This document shows, piece by piece, positions 22,351 through 31,613 of a stretch of 64,000 nt of DNA. The stretch lies in assembly GCA_963775425.1 (NCBI GenBank), contig CAVZJB010000009.1, positions 160,001 to 224,000 of the forward strand. Direction: 5' to 3'. A model generated the notes under the pieces. That model was given only the letters and a program-made list of their open reading frames with translations, ran no database searches and had not been told where the DNA came from. Position 1 is the stretch's first letter, and the number at the start of each line of letters is the position of its first letter. The stretch is from an uncultured delta proteobacterium (GTDB taxonomy: Bacteria > Myxococcota > UBA727 > VGSZ01). The translations under genes and the position numbers were made by a program.

Positions 22351-23652
22351 ATGGCGTCGATAAGCGGCGACGTGTCCCTGATGCCCATTGGCGATCTGAT
22401 CATCTGGATCGCCAACCGAGCGTTGAGCGGCACGTTCATGGTGAAGAAGCGTGGGGTCGAGTCGCGGTTCGTGATCCGCGACGGCAAGCTGTGGCAGGCG
22501 GCGTCGTTGGATCCGCGCGAGTACCTCGGCCAGCACCTCATCAACTTCGGCTACATCAGCGAAGAGCAGCTCCAGAAGGCGTTCGACACGCAGCAGGAGA
22601 CGCACGTCCCCCTCGGCCGCGTCCTCGTCATGGTCGAGGCGGTGAACCAGGAGCAGCTCGACCGCGTGCTGTTGTTCAAGACGCGCGAGAGCATGCTCGA
22701 GACCATGAGCTGGACCGAGGGCGCCTTCAAGCTCGTCGACGAGGTCCCCGAGACCCGAGAGCTCGACACCACGGTCCCCGTCGACCTCCACGAGGCGCAC
22801 AGCGAGGCGCTCGCCCGGGCCTCGATGTGGAACGAGATCAGGAACGTGTTCCCGTCCGACGCCACGCGCGCCGAGGTGCTCGTCGACGCCGCGCGGCTCA
22901 GCGGCTTCGACAAGAAGCTCGTGATGCTCATGCTGTCCGGCCGCTCCATCGGCGAGGCCAGCCTCGAGCTGCGCTCGATGGACTTCCAGACCTACGCGCG
23001 CCTGTACGACCTCTACAACCGCGGCGCCGTGCGTCCACGGCTGGCGTCGAGCACCGTGCAGACGATGCCCGCGAGCATCCCTGCGCCGCGGGCGGCCACG
23101 CCGATGCCGTTCCGCTCCGACGTCCCGCGCACGAAGACGCCCGAAGGCCAGCGTCCGCCGGCGCAGCCGACGCAGCCGTCGTCGGCGCACGCCCAGGGCG
23201 CGGGGATCGGCGGCTACGTGCTGGTGCGGCCCGAGAAGCCCGAGGAGGCGCCCGGCGTGTTGGTGCCGCCGGAGGCGTCGGACCCGCAGGCGGCGCTGCG
23301 GGTGGCGCTCGCGGGCCGCAGTTGGTCGGATGCCCTGTTGTTGTCCCAGCGCATCCTCGAGCTCGACCCGTTGAACTCCGAGGCCATCGCGGCCTGGCGG
23401 GTCGCCGAGGCGCAGCTCAAGAAGGCGCCCGCCGGCGCCGCGGTGGACATGCGGCAGGTGCCGCGGCTGGCCATGCCGCGCGAGCAGGTCGCGCTCACCC
23501 ACCTCACGTCCAAGGAGCGCTACGTCCTGTCGCGCGTGGACGGTCGTCGGTCCCTCCAGCAGATCGCCGCCGTCAGCCCCATCCAGAAAGACGAGCTCGT
23601 GCGCATCGTCAACGCATTCGTGAGCCGCGCCGTGCTCAAATTCGAATCATGA
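22351..23652 (+). CDS. DUF4388-domain protein
   Basis: ISGDVSLMPIGDLIIWIANRALSG..YLGQHLINFGYI..WTEGAFKL; C-terminal LTSKERYVLSRVDGRRS winged-helix-like segment. Confidence 0.85.
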   Translation: MASISGDVSLMPIGDLIIWIANRALSGTFMVKKRGVESRFVIRDGKLWQAASLDPREYLGQHLINFGYISEEQLQKAFDTQQETHVPLGRVLVMVEAVNQEQLDRVLLFKTRESMLETMSWTEGAFKLVDEVPETRELDTTVPVDLHEAHSEALARASMWNEIRNVFPSDATRAEVLVDAARLSGFDKKLVMLMLSGRSIGEASLELRSMDFQTYARLYDLYNRGAVRPRLASSTVQTMPASIPAPRAATPMPFRSDVPRTKTPEGQRPPAQPTQPSSAHAQGAGIGGYVLVRPEKPEEAPGVLVPPEASDPQAALRVALAGRSWSDALLLSQRILELDPLNSEAIAAWRVAEAQLKKAPAGAAVDMRQVPRLAMPREQVALTHLTSKERYVLSRVDGRRSLQQIAAVSPIQKDELVRIVNAFVSRAVLKFES

Positions 23653-24221
23653 GCTCGCGCCTCGCCCTGTCCCTCGCCGTCCTCGGCTGCGCCGCCGCGG
23701 GCTGCGGGATCAACGTGCAGCCCATCGAGGCGTACGACGTCGTCCTCCAGCCCACGCAGGACTGCACGCTCACCGGCTCCACCTCGCGCGACTGCACCGA
23801 TGACGCCGACCTCGCCGCGCAGCAGACCAAGGGGCGCTGGGTGTTCGAGGCCGGGCCGGCGGAGAGCTTCACGCTCACCACGGAGGAGGGCTTCACGCTC
23901 CCGGGCATCTACTTCCCCGACGACGCCACGGTGCTGAACGAGGCGCCTTGCATCGGCACCGACGGCTCGTCGCTCTGCTACTTCGCCCGGCGCAAATTCG
24001 AGTCCAGCGACGACCGCAACAACGGCTGCACGACGTTCGGCGAGCTCGTGGCCATCCTGCTGCGCACCGACGCCGAGACCTTCAGCGGCGTCGTCTCCGA
24101 CACCGCCGGCACCGACCAGAACTGCGGCACCTCCACGGTGGTCCAACGCATCAACGCCGTGAGCGGCAAGCTGTCGGCGGAGCCGTCGCTGGCTCGGCAG
24201 GAAGCGGCGGCGGCACCATGA
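23649..24221 (+). CDS. Cys-rich lipoprotein (trio member 1)
   Basis: ATGA overlap; lipobox AAGC. Confidence 0.75.
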   Translation: MSSRLALSLAVLGCAAAGCGINVQPIEAYDVVLQPTQDCTLTGSTSRDCTDDADLAAQQTKGRWVFEAGPAESFTLTTEEGFTLPGIYFPDDATVLNEAPCIGTDGSSLCYFARRKFESSDDRNNGCTTFGELVAILLRTDAETFSGVVSDTAGTDQNCGTSTVVQRINAVSGKLSAEPSLARQEAAAAP

Positions 24222-24727
24222 CGAGCACCGCCGTGGAACGCGCCGTCAAGACGGCCTGCGTCGTCGCGGGGCTCGGCTGCGCGCTGGGGGCCGCCGGCTG
24301 CCGCCTCGACCAGTTCAACTTCTACGACGTCACCCGCACGCCCACCGAGGAGTGCGACATCCTGCCCGAGGGCGAGTTCTGCGATCCGGACGCGCTGTCG
24401 CCGCCGACGACGGAGACGTGGTCGGTGGAGCGCGTCGACAATGTCGTGCGCGTGTACGTCGACGAAGAGGTCTGGGTGGCGAGCCCGCCCGGCAACAAGG
24501 ACGACCCGAACCTCGTGAAAGCCTCCAAGCTCGAGGTCGACACGCGCGATCCGGGGGGCTGCACCAACACCATCACGCGCGACTTCCAGGTGCTCGCCAC
24601 CGACGCCGACATCACCGGCCAGCTCCACGAAAAGACGCGCCTCGTCGGCGGGCAGGAGTGCGGCGACACGCCGCGCGGCCTGCGCACCACCGCGCGCATC
24701 GACGGAACCATCGCGGGGGCCCCCTGA
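24218..24727 (+). CDS. Cys-rich lipoprotein (trio member 2)
   Basis: ATGA overlap; lipobox AAGC. Confidence 0.75.
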   Translation: MTSTAVERAVKTACVVAGLGCALGAAGCRLDQFNFYDVTRTPTEECDILPEGEFCDPDALSPPTTETWSVERVDNVVRVYVDEEVWVASPPGNKDDPNLVKASKLEVDTRDPGGCTNTITRDFQVLATDADITGQLHEKTRLVGGQECGDTPRGLRTTARIDGTIAGAP

Positions 24728-25272
24728 TGCGTGCCCCCACGTGCGTGCCGGCGCTCGCTGCGCTCCTCGTCGGAGGTGGCCTGGCGGGGTGTGGGCCCGA
24801 CAGGATCGACGCCACCTTCACGAGCCGCGTGGTGCAGCACGAGACCTGCAAGACCGTCGGCGACCACCCGCAGGTGTGCACGCGCGAGGAGTCCGTCACC
24901 GACGAGCGCGTCCGCCTCGTCGAGCGCGACGACCAGAACGTCTGGCTGTACGGCATCCCGCGCAACGGGGTCTCCGACCGCGCCATCCTCGGCACGCGTG
25001 ACAGCGCCGGCGGCTACCTCTTCGTGGACCAGGTGGTGCAGGAAAACAGCTCCAGCACCTGCACGCTCACCGACCGCCTCGAGATCTCCATCAGCGTCGA
25101 CCCGGACGCCTCCACCGACAAGATCGGCAGCGACCCGTGCATCTCCCTGCTCGGGCGCGAGAACGAGTCCACGGACAGCTCTCCCGGTTGCGACAACGTC
25201 GACGAGCCCCCGGTGAAGACCGTCCTCGTCGCCAACCGCCGCTGGGAAAAGCCCCTCGACTGCTCCCCGTAG
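24727..25272 (+). CDS. Cys-rich lipoprotein (trio member 3)
   Basis: TGATG overlap; lipobox LAGC. Confidence 0.75.
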   Translation: MRAPTCVPALAALLVGGGLAGCGPDRIDATFTSRVVQHETCKTVGDHPQVCTREESVTDERVRLVERDDQNVWLYGIPRNGVSDRAILGTRDSAGGYLFVDQVVQENSSSTCTLTDRLEISISVDPDASTDKIGSDPCISLLGRENESTDSSPGCDNVDEPPVKTVLVANRRWEKPLDCSP

Positions 25273-25306
25273 CAGTGTCCGGGCGCCCGTGCCGATCGCC
25301 CGCTGT

Positions 25307-28162
25307 TCAGTCGCCGGAGGCGTCGAGCACGCTCTGCAGGAACGCCTCGGGCGACGAGAAGATCACGTTCGCGCTGCAGGCGGCGTCGCCGCTGAAGGCG
25401 CCGGCGTCGCGCTCGACGGTGAGCACGCCGCCGTCGTAGGCGATGCGGGAGACGCCCGACTGCGCCGCGGCGCCGGCGTCGACGTCGAGCTCCAGGGCCC
25501 ACGGGCCGCCTGCGTCCATCCCGGGGTGATCGAAGGCGTAGCCGGTGTGGATGACGCTCCGGCGCTGGCCGGCGGTGGCGCCGAGATCGGGCACGTCGTC
25601 GAGGAAGTCCACGACCGCGAACGACGTGAACGGCGCGTCGTCGTAGCCGAGGTCCGGCGGCAGGAGCGGATCGGTGAACGCCTCGGTGACCGTCACCCGC
25701 AACGCGCCGGCGTCGCAGGTGCGCTGCTCGACGCGGCGCGAGCGCGAGAGGATGTCCTTGGGGATGGGCATCGAGCGCACGAGGGCGGGCACGCGCACCG
25801 TGGACGGCTCGCTGGTGCGCGCCTGCTTGATCACCACGCGCGAGCCCCACACGTTGCCGTTCGCGAGCTCGGGCCATCCGTCGGCGACCTCGCGCAGCTC
25901 GAAGTTGATGGTGAGCTCCCGGCGCTGCTGCGCGAGCGGCAGCGCGGCGTTCTCGATGCCCTTCCAGTACTCCGCCACCTGCCGGGTCTCGTCGAAGACG
26001 CGCGCGAGCTGATCGTCGGTCAACACCCACGAGCCCTCGGGCAGGAGCGTGGAGCCGCGCACGCGGGTGAGGGCGGTGGTGCCGTCGTCGTGGAGCACGA
26101 TGCGATCGACCTCGGGGAGGTTCGGATCGCCGGCCGGCGGGTTGGTGACGCTGAGCGCGCCCTCCTGGGCGTTCACCTCGAGGACGGCGGCGCCGTCGGG
26201 GTGTCCGGGCGGCAGGATGGTGTAGAGCATCACGCCGTTTCCGATCTCCTTCGAGTCCTGGAAGTTGGCGTGGCACGCGCAGCCCATGGCGCCCGAGAGG
26301 TGGTCGACGTTGGCGAGCTTCCGCTCTTCGAAGCCCTCGACGTCCCAGTACGACGCCCACGTCTCCTTCACGGCGTGCTCGATGGTCTTTTCGTGCTTGC
26401 CGCCGCTCAAGCGGTCCGCGTGGAGGTAGCCGGTGTTGGAGGTGTAGAGCCCGGCGCCGTTGAAGCCCTCGGCGTCCTCGACGTTCGATGACGAGCGGAA
26501 GCGGATGCCCTGCCCGTCGGCGTAGCCGCCGAAGTGATCCTCGACCATGGCGGTGATGGCGGCGAGCGCAACCGGATCCATGGGCTTGTTGCGGATGAGC
26601 CCCATGATGCCGCCCTGCTCGATGACGGTGCGCAGCAGGTCGTCGGGCGCGCGTGAGTCGAGGAGCTGCTGCGGGAAGTCCGGGCGCTCGGGGTGGCGTG
26701 TGTTCCAGCCGTCGACGCCTTCGAGGCCGAGGACGCGCACGTTGGCGTCGGCGGCGAATTGCGGGTCGGCGAGCACGGCCTCGATGGTGGGCTTGAGATC
26801 GGCGATGTGCTCGACGTAGCCGCGCACGGAGACGGCGAAGGGTCGGTCGGGCGTGTCGATGTCCTCCTGGTCGAGGAGCGCGAGGAAGCCGCTGGCCTTG
26901 CCGCCGAGGATCGGGCGCCAGTGCGCCTCGTCGGCGAAGTCGAGGTCGGTGAGGTCGTAGGCGTAGTCGATGGTGCTGACGTCGACGGGCGGCGCGGAGC
27001 TCGGCGGCACCACGCTGAGCGCGCGGTATTGGGCGAACTGCGCCTCCGTCATGGCGACGAGCCGCAAGCGATCCGGCGCGAGCGCCTCGAGGACCACCGG
27101 GGCGCGCACGCGCGCGAGCTGGTCGAGCCCCGGGTCGTCGAGGATGCCGGCCTGGAAGGCGTTGGGGATGCCGCGGTTCTTGGCGAGCAGGTTGATGTGC
27201 GACAGCGCCGTCTGCGGGACGGCGGTGACGAGGCCCGTGCACTGCGGCAGGAAGTCGACGAGGTCTTCGCTGACGAGCACGTCGGTGGAGCGCGCGTCCT
27301 GGAAGTTCTCGCCGGCGTGGACCACGCGCAGCCGGCCGGCGACGAGGCCGTCGTTGTAGACCTCCGTCTGCCCGGGGACGGTGACGTCGCTGTAGTGGAT
27401 GAAGCGGGCCGCGAGCGGATCACCGTCGGCGACGAGCTGCTGCAGGAGCTCCTCGTGCTGCGGCGAGCGCACGAGCATCTTGAGGTTGTCGCCGACCTCG
27501 GGCGGGAGCGAGGGCTCGACCATCGCGAACATGTCGACGAGCTCGGCCTTGCTCAAGACGTGCTGGTACTCGAGCTCGATGGCCCAGGTCTCCGGGACCG
27601 TGTCGCGCGCGTCGAAGTGAAGCACGGTGCCGATGCCCATGGTCTTCGGCGTGTCGAACAACGAGAGGTTGTAGAAGTGCGGCGAGTAGAGCCGGTGGTC
27701 GCCGACGAACGCCAGGTCGAGCGGCAGGGGGCGCTGCGCGATGACCTCGCCGTCGGCCCACGACACGATGTCGGCGACGCTCGCGAAGGAGCGGCCGACG
27801 TTCACCGGCGCGATGTCGTCGACGCCGTCGACGACGTGGCCGTTCATGAGGCGAAACCAGTACCACTCGTCGTGCAGGCCGTACGCGTCGGAGGCGAGCC
27901 AGCGCAGGTTCTCACCGGGCTGCATGAAGCGCGTGATGACGAACTTCACCGCGGTGCTCGACGCCGACGGCGCCGCCACGGCCTCGAAGTCGTCGAAGGT
28001 GGCGAGCGCGCGAACGGTGTGATCGTCGAAGCCGTCGCCCTCGCCTTCCCCCTCGCCCTCGCCCTCGCCTTCGCCCGGGTGCGTGCCCGGGCAGGCCATG
28101 AGACCTGCAGGCAGCAGCAGCAGCAGGGCCAAGCCCCCGATCTTCTTCACGACACCCATCAT
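25307..28162 (-). CDS. Lipoprotein with PEP-synthase/PPDK-type His-carrier and ATP-grasp domains
   Basis: Lipobox LMAC; (GE)n linker; QTALSHINLLAKNRGIPNA; GGKASG; RFRSSSNVEDAEGFNGAGLYTS; WASYW. Confidence 0.82.
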   Translation of the reverse strand: MMGVVKKIGGLALLLLLPAGLMACPGTHPGEGEGEGEGEGEGDGFDDHTVRALATFDDFEAVAAPSASSTAVKFVITRFMQPGENLRWLASDAYGLHDEWYWFRLMNGHVVDGVDDIAPVNVGRSFASVADIVSWADGEVIAQRPLPLDLAFVGDHRLYSPHFYNLSLFDTPKTMGIGTVLHFDARDTVPETWAIELEYQHVLSKAELVDMFAMVEPSLPPEVGDNLKMLVRSPQHEELLQQLVADGDPLAARFIHYSDVTVPGQTEVYNDGLVAGRLRVVHAGENFQDARSTDVLVSEDLVDFLPQCTGLVTAVPQTALSHINLLAKNRGIPNAFQAGILDDPGLDQLARVRAPVVLEALAPDRLRLVAMTEAQFAQYRALSVVPPSSAPPVDVSTIDYAYDLTDLDFADEAHWRPILGGKASGFLALLDQEDIDTPDRPFAVSVRGYVEHIADLKPTIEAVLADPQFAADANVRVLGLEGVDGWNTRHPERPDFPQQLLDSRAPDDLLRTVIEQGGIMGLIRNKPMDPVALAAITAMVEDHFGGYADGQGIRFRSSSNVEDAEGFNGAGLYTSNTGYLHADRLSGGKHEKTIEHAVKETWASYWDVEGFEERKLANVDHLSGAMGCACHANFQDSKEIGNGVMLYTILPPGHPDGAAVLEVNAQEGALSVTNPPAGDPNLPEVDRIVLHDDGTTALTRVRGSTLLPEGSWVLTDDQLARVFDETRQVAEYWKGIENAALPLAQQRRELTINFELREVADGWPELANGNVWGSRVVIKQARTSEPSTVRVPALVRSMPIPKDILSRSRRVEQRTCDAGALRVTVTEAFTDPLLPPDLGYDDAPFTSFAVVDFLDDVPDLGATAGQRRSVIHTGYAFDHPGMDAGGPWALELDVDAGAAAQSGVSRIAYDGGVLTVERDAGAFSGDAACSANVIFSSPEAFLQSVLDASGD

Positions 28163-28249
28163 GACCCCGCCGGTGTGCAGCCGCCATGCCCGAGCGATCG
28201 GACCGAGCCACGCCGCGTAACGTGATCCATCGGGATCCGCGTCATCGAG

Positions 28250-28584
28250 TGGACCGTTGATCCGAGCCACCCGGAAGCGGACGGTGCTACGGCCACACGG
28301 CGGAGCGGAAAGGAGCTCCGAGCTCGGCGACGAAGACGCGCGCCGAGTTGAGCGCCGGGGCGCCGAGCTCTCCGCTCCTTTCCGCTCGCCTGAAGTCCGC
28401 GCCGACGTCGCATCGAGGCACGAACCCTGTACGTGCGCTGATAGCGGGATCACAACACCGCTCGGACCCGCCGTTTCCTCACAACCTGCAGCGGTTCTTG
28501 CGCGCCGACGTGCCTCGCCACGTACTCCGCGCGGCGAGCCACCCTTCGCCGAGTGCTGCTGCGAGCCTTATTTTTCGTCAGCCT
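28250..28584 (-). mobile_element. Modular MITE-like intergenic element, copy 2
   Basis: Same terminal blocks as the other copies; internal ~92-bp insert flanked by direct repeat CGCGCCGACGT (28398-28408 and 28501-28511). Confidence 0.75.
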
Positions 28585-29628
28585 TCAGTTCGCGGCGCCG
28601 GGCGTCGGCGGATCGCGCGGACCCGCGGTGCCGGCGGCGCCGTCGGGGGAGAGGCCGGCGGACACGTCGGCGCCGGCGCCGTCGAGCGGCAGGTCGTCGG
28701 TGACGCTGCCGCAGTCGTCGACGAGGACGACGTCGTCGTCGGCGGCGCTCAGGAGGAAGCTCGCGTGCAGCGCTCCCTCGCCGGGCTCCTCGTCGGCGAA
28801 GATGACCAGGAAGCCGCCGGGGTCGAGCGCCTGCGCGGGGAGCGGCCACGCGCCGAGGCCGGCGGCGTTGTCCGCGAGGCGCATCCCGCCGAGCGAGACC
28901 GCGGCGGCGCCCGCGTTGAACAGCTCGATCCAGGGCGCGTGCTCGCCGCCCTCGTCGGTGATGCCGGCGACGTTGTCGACGAGGGCCTCGTTGACGACCA
29001 CGCCGTCGGGCGTCGTCGGCACGCAGTCGCCCTCGCCTTCTCCCTCGCCTTCGCCTTCTCCTTCGCCTTCGCCCGCGCCGTCGTTGGGCGCGCCGGGCGT
29101 GGGATGTGCGAGCACGGCGAAGGCTCCGTCGACGTCGGGGATGCGCCCGAAGCTCACGTCCGCGCCGAGCGCCGGCAGCGCGACGTCGTCGACGATCTCG
29201 CCGGCGCTCCTCAACGTGACGTGATCGCCCGAGGCCGACAGCTTGAACGCGAAGTGCGGCTCGGCGGCGCTGCCCTGGCCGGGCTCGTCGTCGCAGAACA
29301 CCACGAGGAAGCCGTGGGCCGGCACCACCGCGCCGAGGCTGAAGGGCTGCGGCCCGGAGCCGCTGTCCTCGAGGCTGAACGTCCCGAGCGCGATGTCCGC
29401 GTCGGTGCCGTTGGCGAGCTCGAGCCAATCGTCGAAGTCACCCGCGGCGTCGGCGACGGTCACATCGTTCTTGGACATCAGCTCATTGACGGAGAGCGTC
29501 GCCGCCGTTCCCCCGTCGACGGGGCCGGGTCCGCCGTCCCCGACCGCGCCCGCGTCGGGACCCGTCGACGTTCTACCGACACAACTGACGGCAAGCGCCA
29601 GCACCGAAAATGTGATGACGGAGCGCAC
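28585..29628 (-). CDS. Lipoprotein with two lamin-tail domains
   Basis: Lipobox AVSC; two NExM..D..G...DWxELxN..GFLVxFxD..FxLS..PTPGAxN units joined by (GE)n. Confidence 0.85.
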   Translation of the reverse strand: MRSVITFSVLALAVSCVGRTSTGPDAGAVGDGGPGPVDGGTAATLSVNELMSKNDVTVADAAGDFDDWLELANGTDADIALGTFSLEDSGSGPQPFSLGAVVPAHGFLVVFCDDEPGQGSAAEPHFAFKLSASGDHVTLRSAGEIVDDVALPALGADVSFGRIPDVDGAFAVLAHPTPGAPNDGAGEGEGEGEGEGEGEGDCVPTTPDGVVVNEALVDNVAGITDEGGEHAPWIELFNAGAAAVSLGGMRLADNAAGLGAWPLPAQALDPGGFLVIFADEEPGEGALHASFLLSAADDDVVLVDDCGSVTDDLPLDGAGADVSAGLSPDGAAGTAGPRDPPTPGAAN

Positions 29629-29712
29629 ACCGAAGATTAGCCCGCCGAGGAGGATCCCGCTCGTCGGTTGAAATTCGGCGGGATACAAGCGCGCGTCCCC
29701 TCGAGGTGTTTC

Positions 29713-30528
29713 ATGGGTTGGGCCGAATCCACGCTGTTCGAAGAGCGGTTGCCGGATCGGTTCCCCAAGCTCGTGAACCTCTACGAGAAGGCCAAGCGGG
29801 ACTTCTGGAACGAGTCCACGGCCATCGACTGGGACCAGCCCCTCACGCTGTCCACCGACGAGCGGCGCGCGCTCGCGCGCATCCTGAGCATCACCTACTA
29901 CGGGGAGCGCGCGGCCATGACCATCGCCGGGCAGCTCGTCGCCAGCGTGCCCGACGAGGAGGCCCGGCAGGTGCTCGCCTGCCAGGTGATCGAGGAGGCC
30001 AAGCACGTCGGGGCGTTCCAGAAGCTGCTCAAGCGCCTCGACAAGATCTCGCCGCCCTCGTTCTTTGCCAAGAAGCTGCTCGTCGACCTCATCGAGACCG
30101 ACGAGCCCGCGGCCAAGATGGTCGGCATGCACATGTTCGTCGAGAACATCGCCAACCACAGCTTCCATGCGCTCCACGACGCCATCGAGGACCCCCTCGT
30201 GCGGCAGGTGCTCGACTACGTGGCCCGCGACGAGAAGAAGCACACCGCCATCGGCGTCCTCTATCTCCCCGCGCTCCTCAAGGCGCTGCCACGCCACAAG
30301 CTCGTGTGGCTGGAGATGAAGCAGGTGAAGTGGCTCGGCCTCGGCCTCGGCATGGTGAAGGACGGCTACGAGGACGCCCGCGTCCTCCAGATCGACCTCG
30401 CCTCCGCCGGCCAACGGGCGCTGCGCCAGCACTACCGGCTGCGGGAGCAGCTCGCGACCACCCGGGGCCTCATCGACGTCCCCGGCTTCGATCGCGTGAT
30501 CGACCTGATCGGGCGTTGGGCCTCATAG
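29713..30528 (+). CDS. Ferritin-like di-iron protein
   Basis: RBS GAGGTG; YGE..EEAKH..VE..DEKKH ligand pattern. Confidence 0.85.
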   Translation: MGWAESTLFEERLPDRFPKLVNLYEKAKRDFWNESTAIDWDQPLTLSTDERRALARILSITYYGERAAMTIAGQLVASVPDEEARQVLACQVIEEAKHVGAFQKLLKRLDKISPPSFFAKKLLVDLIETDEPAAKMVGMHMFVENIANHSFHALHDAIEDPLVRQVLDYVARDEKKHTAIGVLYLPALLKALPRHKLVWLEMKQVKWLGLGLGMVKDGYEDARVLQIDLASAGQRALRQHYRLREQLATTRGLIDVPGFDRVIDLIGRWAS

Positions 30529-30552
30529 CCGCGTGGCTGGAGCCCTCGGATC

Positions 30553-30649
30553 TGTGGTGAACATGCCGCAACCGTGGCGTTCTTACCGCGGACCGAATTG
30601 TCCCGAATCTGGCGCGTTCGGCGCAAACCGTCGGGGTAAATTGACCGCA
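30553..30649. promoter_or_regulatory. Three 18-bp imperfect palindromes, candidate activator sites
   Basis: TGTGGTGAACATGCCGCA (30553), CGTGGCGTTCTTACCGCG (30573), CGGGGTAAATTGACCGCA (30632). Confidence 0.5.
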
Positions 30650-30688
30650 CCCCCGCCTCCGCGATCGCGTCAACATGCAGTCTCGGGG

Positions 30689-30705
30689 TTGGCATGGAGG
30701 ATGCT
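30689..30705 (+). promoter_or_regulatory. Sigma54 -24/-12 promoter
   Basis: TTGGCATGGAGGATGCT: GG-N10-GC. Confidence 0.7.
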
Positions 30706-30715
30706 GTTGGCTGGC

Positions 30716-30825
30716 TCCACAGACAGCCGGCTGCGTTGACTTCCCCCCAGGTCGATCGGTTGTCTGTGGAAGGCCATCTGAAGCGGCGTCCCCCCCGTGC
30801 CGCAAAGATGGCCTTCGTTTTTTTT
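30716..30825 (+). ncRNA. Putative sigma54-dependent small RNA with C-rich loops (Pxr-like architecture)
   Basis: Hairpin 1 CCACAGACAGCCG/CGGTTGTCTGTGG with UUCCCCCCAG apex; hairpin 2 GAAGGCCATCT/AGATGGCCTTC with C7 loop; T8 tail; 5' end falls 12-13 nt after the -12 box. Confidence 0.65.
30769..30825 (+). terminator. Intrinsic terminator (3' hairpin of the sRNA)
   Basis: 11-bp perfect basal stem followed by 8 T. Confidence 0.7.
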
Positions 30826-30869
30826 CCGCGCCGGCGGCGTCCTGCTGTATCCGCGCCCTCGAGGTGACC

Positions 30870-31613
30870 ATGGCTCGCAAGGACGGGCGCGCGGCGACGG
30901 AGCTGCGGCCGGTGAAATTCGACGTCGGGTTCGTGAAGCACCACGCAGGGAGCGTCCTGGTGAGCTTCGGGGACACGCGGGTGCTCTGCGTCGCCACCGC
31001 CGAGGATCGGGTGCCGCCCTTCCGCCTGGCCTCGGGCGGCGGCTGGGTCACGGCCGAGTACTCCATGCTCCCCGCCTCCACGCATGAGCGAAAGCATCGG
31101 GAGATCTCCCGCGGCAAGGCCGACGCCCGCTCCGTCGAGATCCAGCGGCTCGTGGCGCGCGCGCTCAGGAACATCGTCGACATCGACGCCATCGGGCAGC
31201 GCTCCATCACCGTCGACTGCGACGTCCTTCAGGCCGACGGCGGCACGCGCACCGCCTCCATCACCGGCGGCTTCGTCGCCCTCGCGCTGTGCTTGAACGA
31301 CCTGCAAAAGCGCGGCGTGTCCATGAAGGGCAAGAAGCTCAAGGACGTCCTGCGCGCGCAGGTGGCGGCGGTGTCGCTCGGCATCCTCGGCGACGAGATC
31401 TTCACGGACCTCAACTACGGCGAAGACTCCAAGGCGGAGACCGACCTCAACCTCGTCGCCCGCAACGACGGCACCATCGTCGAGATCCAGGGCACCGCCG
31501 AGGGCCACCCGATGAAGCGCGAGCAGCTCTTCGCCGTGGTCGACCAGGGCCTCGCCGCCGTGCGCGAGCTGTGCGCCAAGCAGAACGAGGCCCTCGGGGG
31601 GATCCTCGGGTGA
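30870..31613 (+). CDS. rph: Ribonuclease PH
   Basis: RKDGR..LRP, GWVTAEYSMLP, EIQRL, DVLQADGGTRTASITG, EIQGTAE. Confidence 0.97.
   Translation: MARKDGRAATELRPVKFDVGFVKHHAGSVLVSFGDTRVLCVATAEDRVPPFRLASGGGWVTAEYSMLPASTHERKHREISRGKADARSVEIQRLVARALRNIVDIDAIGQRSITVDCDVLQADGGTRTASITGGFVALALCLNDLQKRGVSMKGKKLKDVLRAQVAAVSLGILGDEIFTDLNYGEDSKAETDLNLVARNDGTIVEIQGTAEGHPMKREQLFAVVDQGLAAVRELCAKQNEALGGILG

Noticed and set aside
28163-28453. N-terminal extension of the 1048-aa ORF
   Set aside because: Runs through the repeat element; the signal peptide begins at 28162
30609-30625. Second GG-N10-GC motif upstream of the sRNA
   Set aside because: Weaker consensus and not aligned with a structured 5' end
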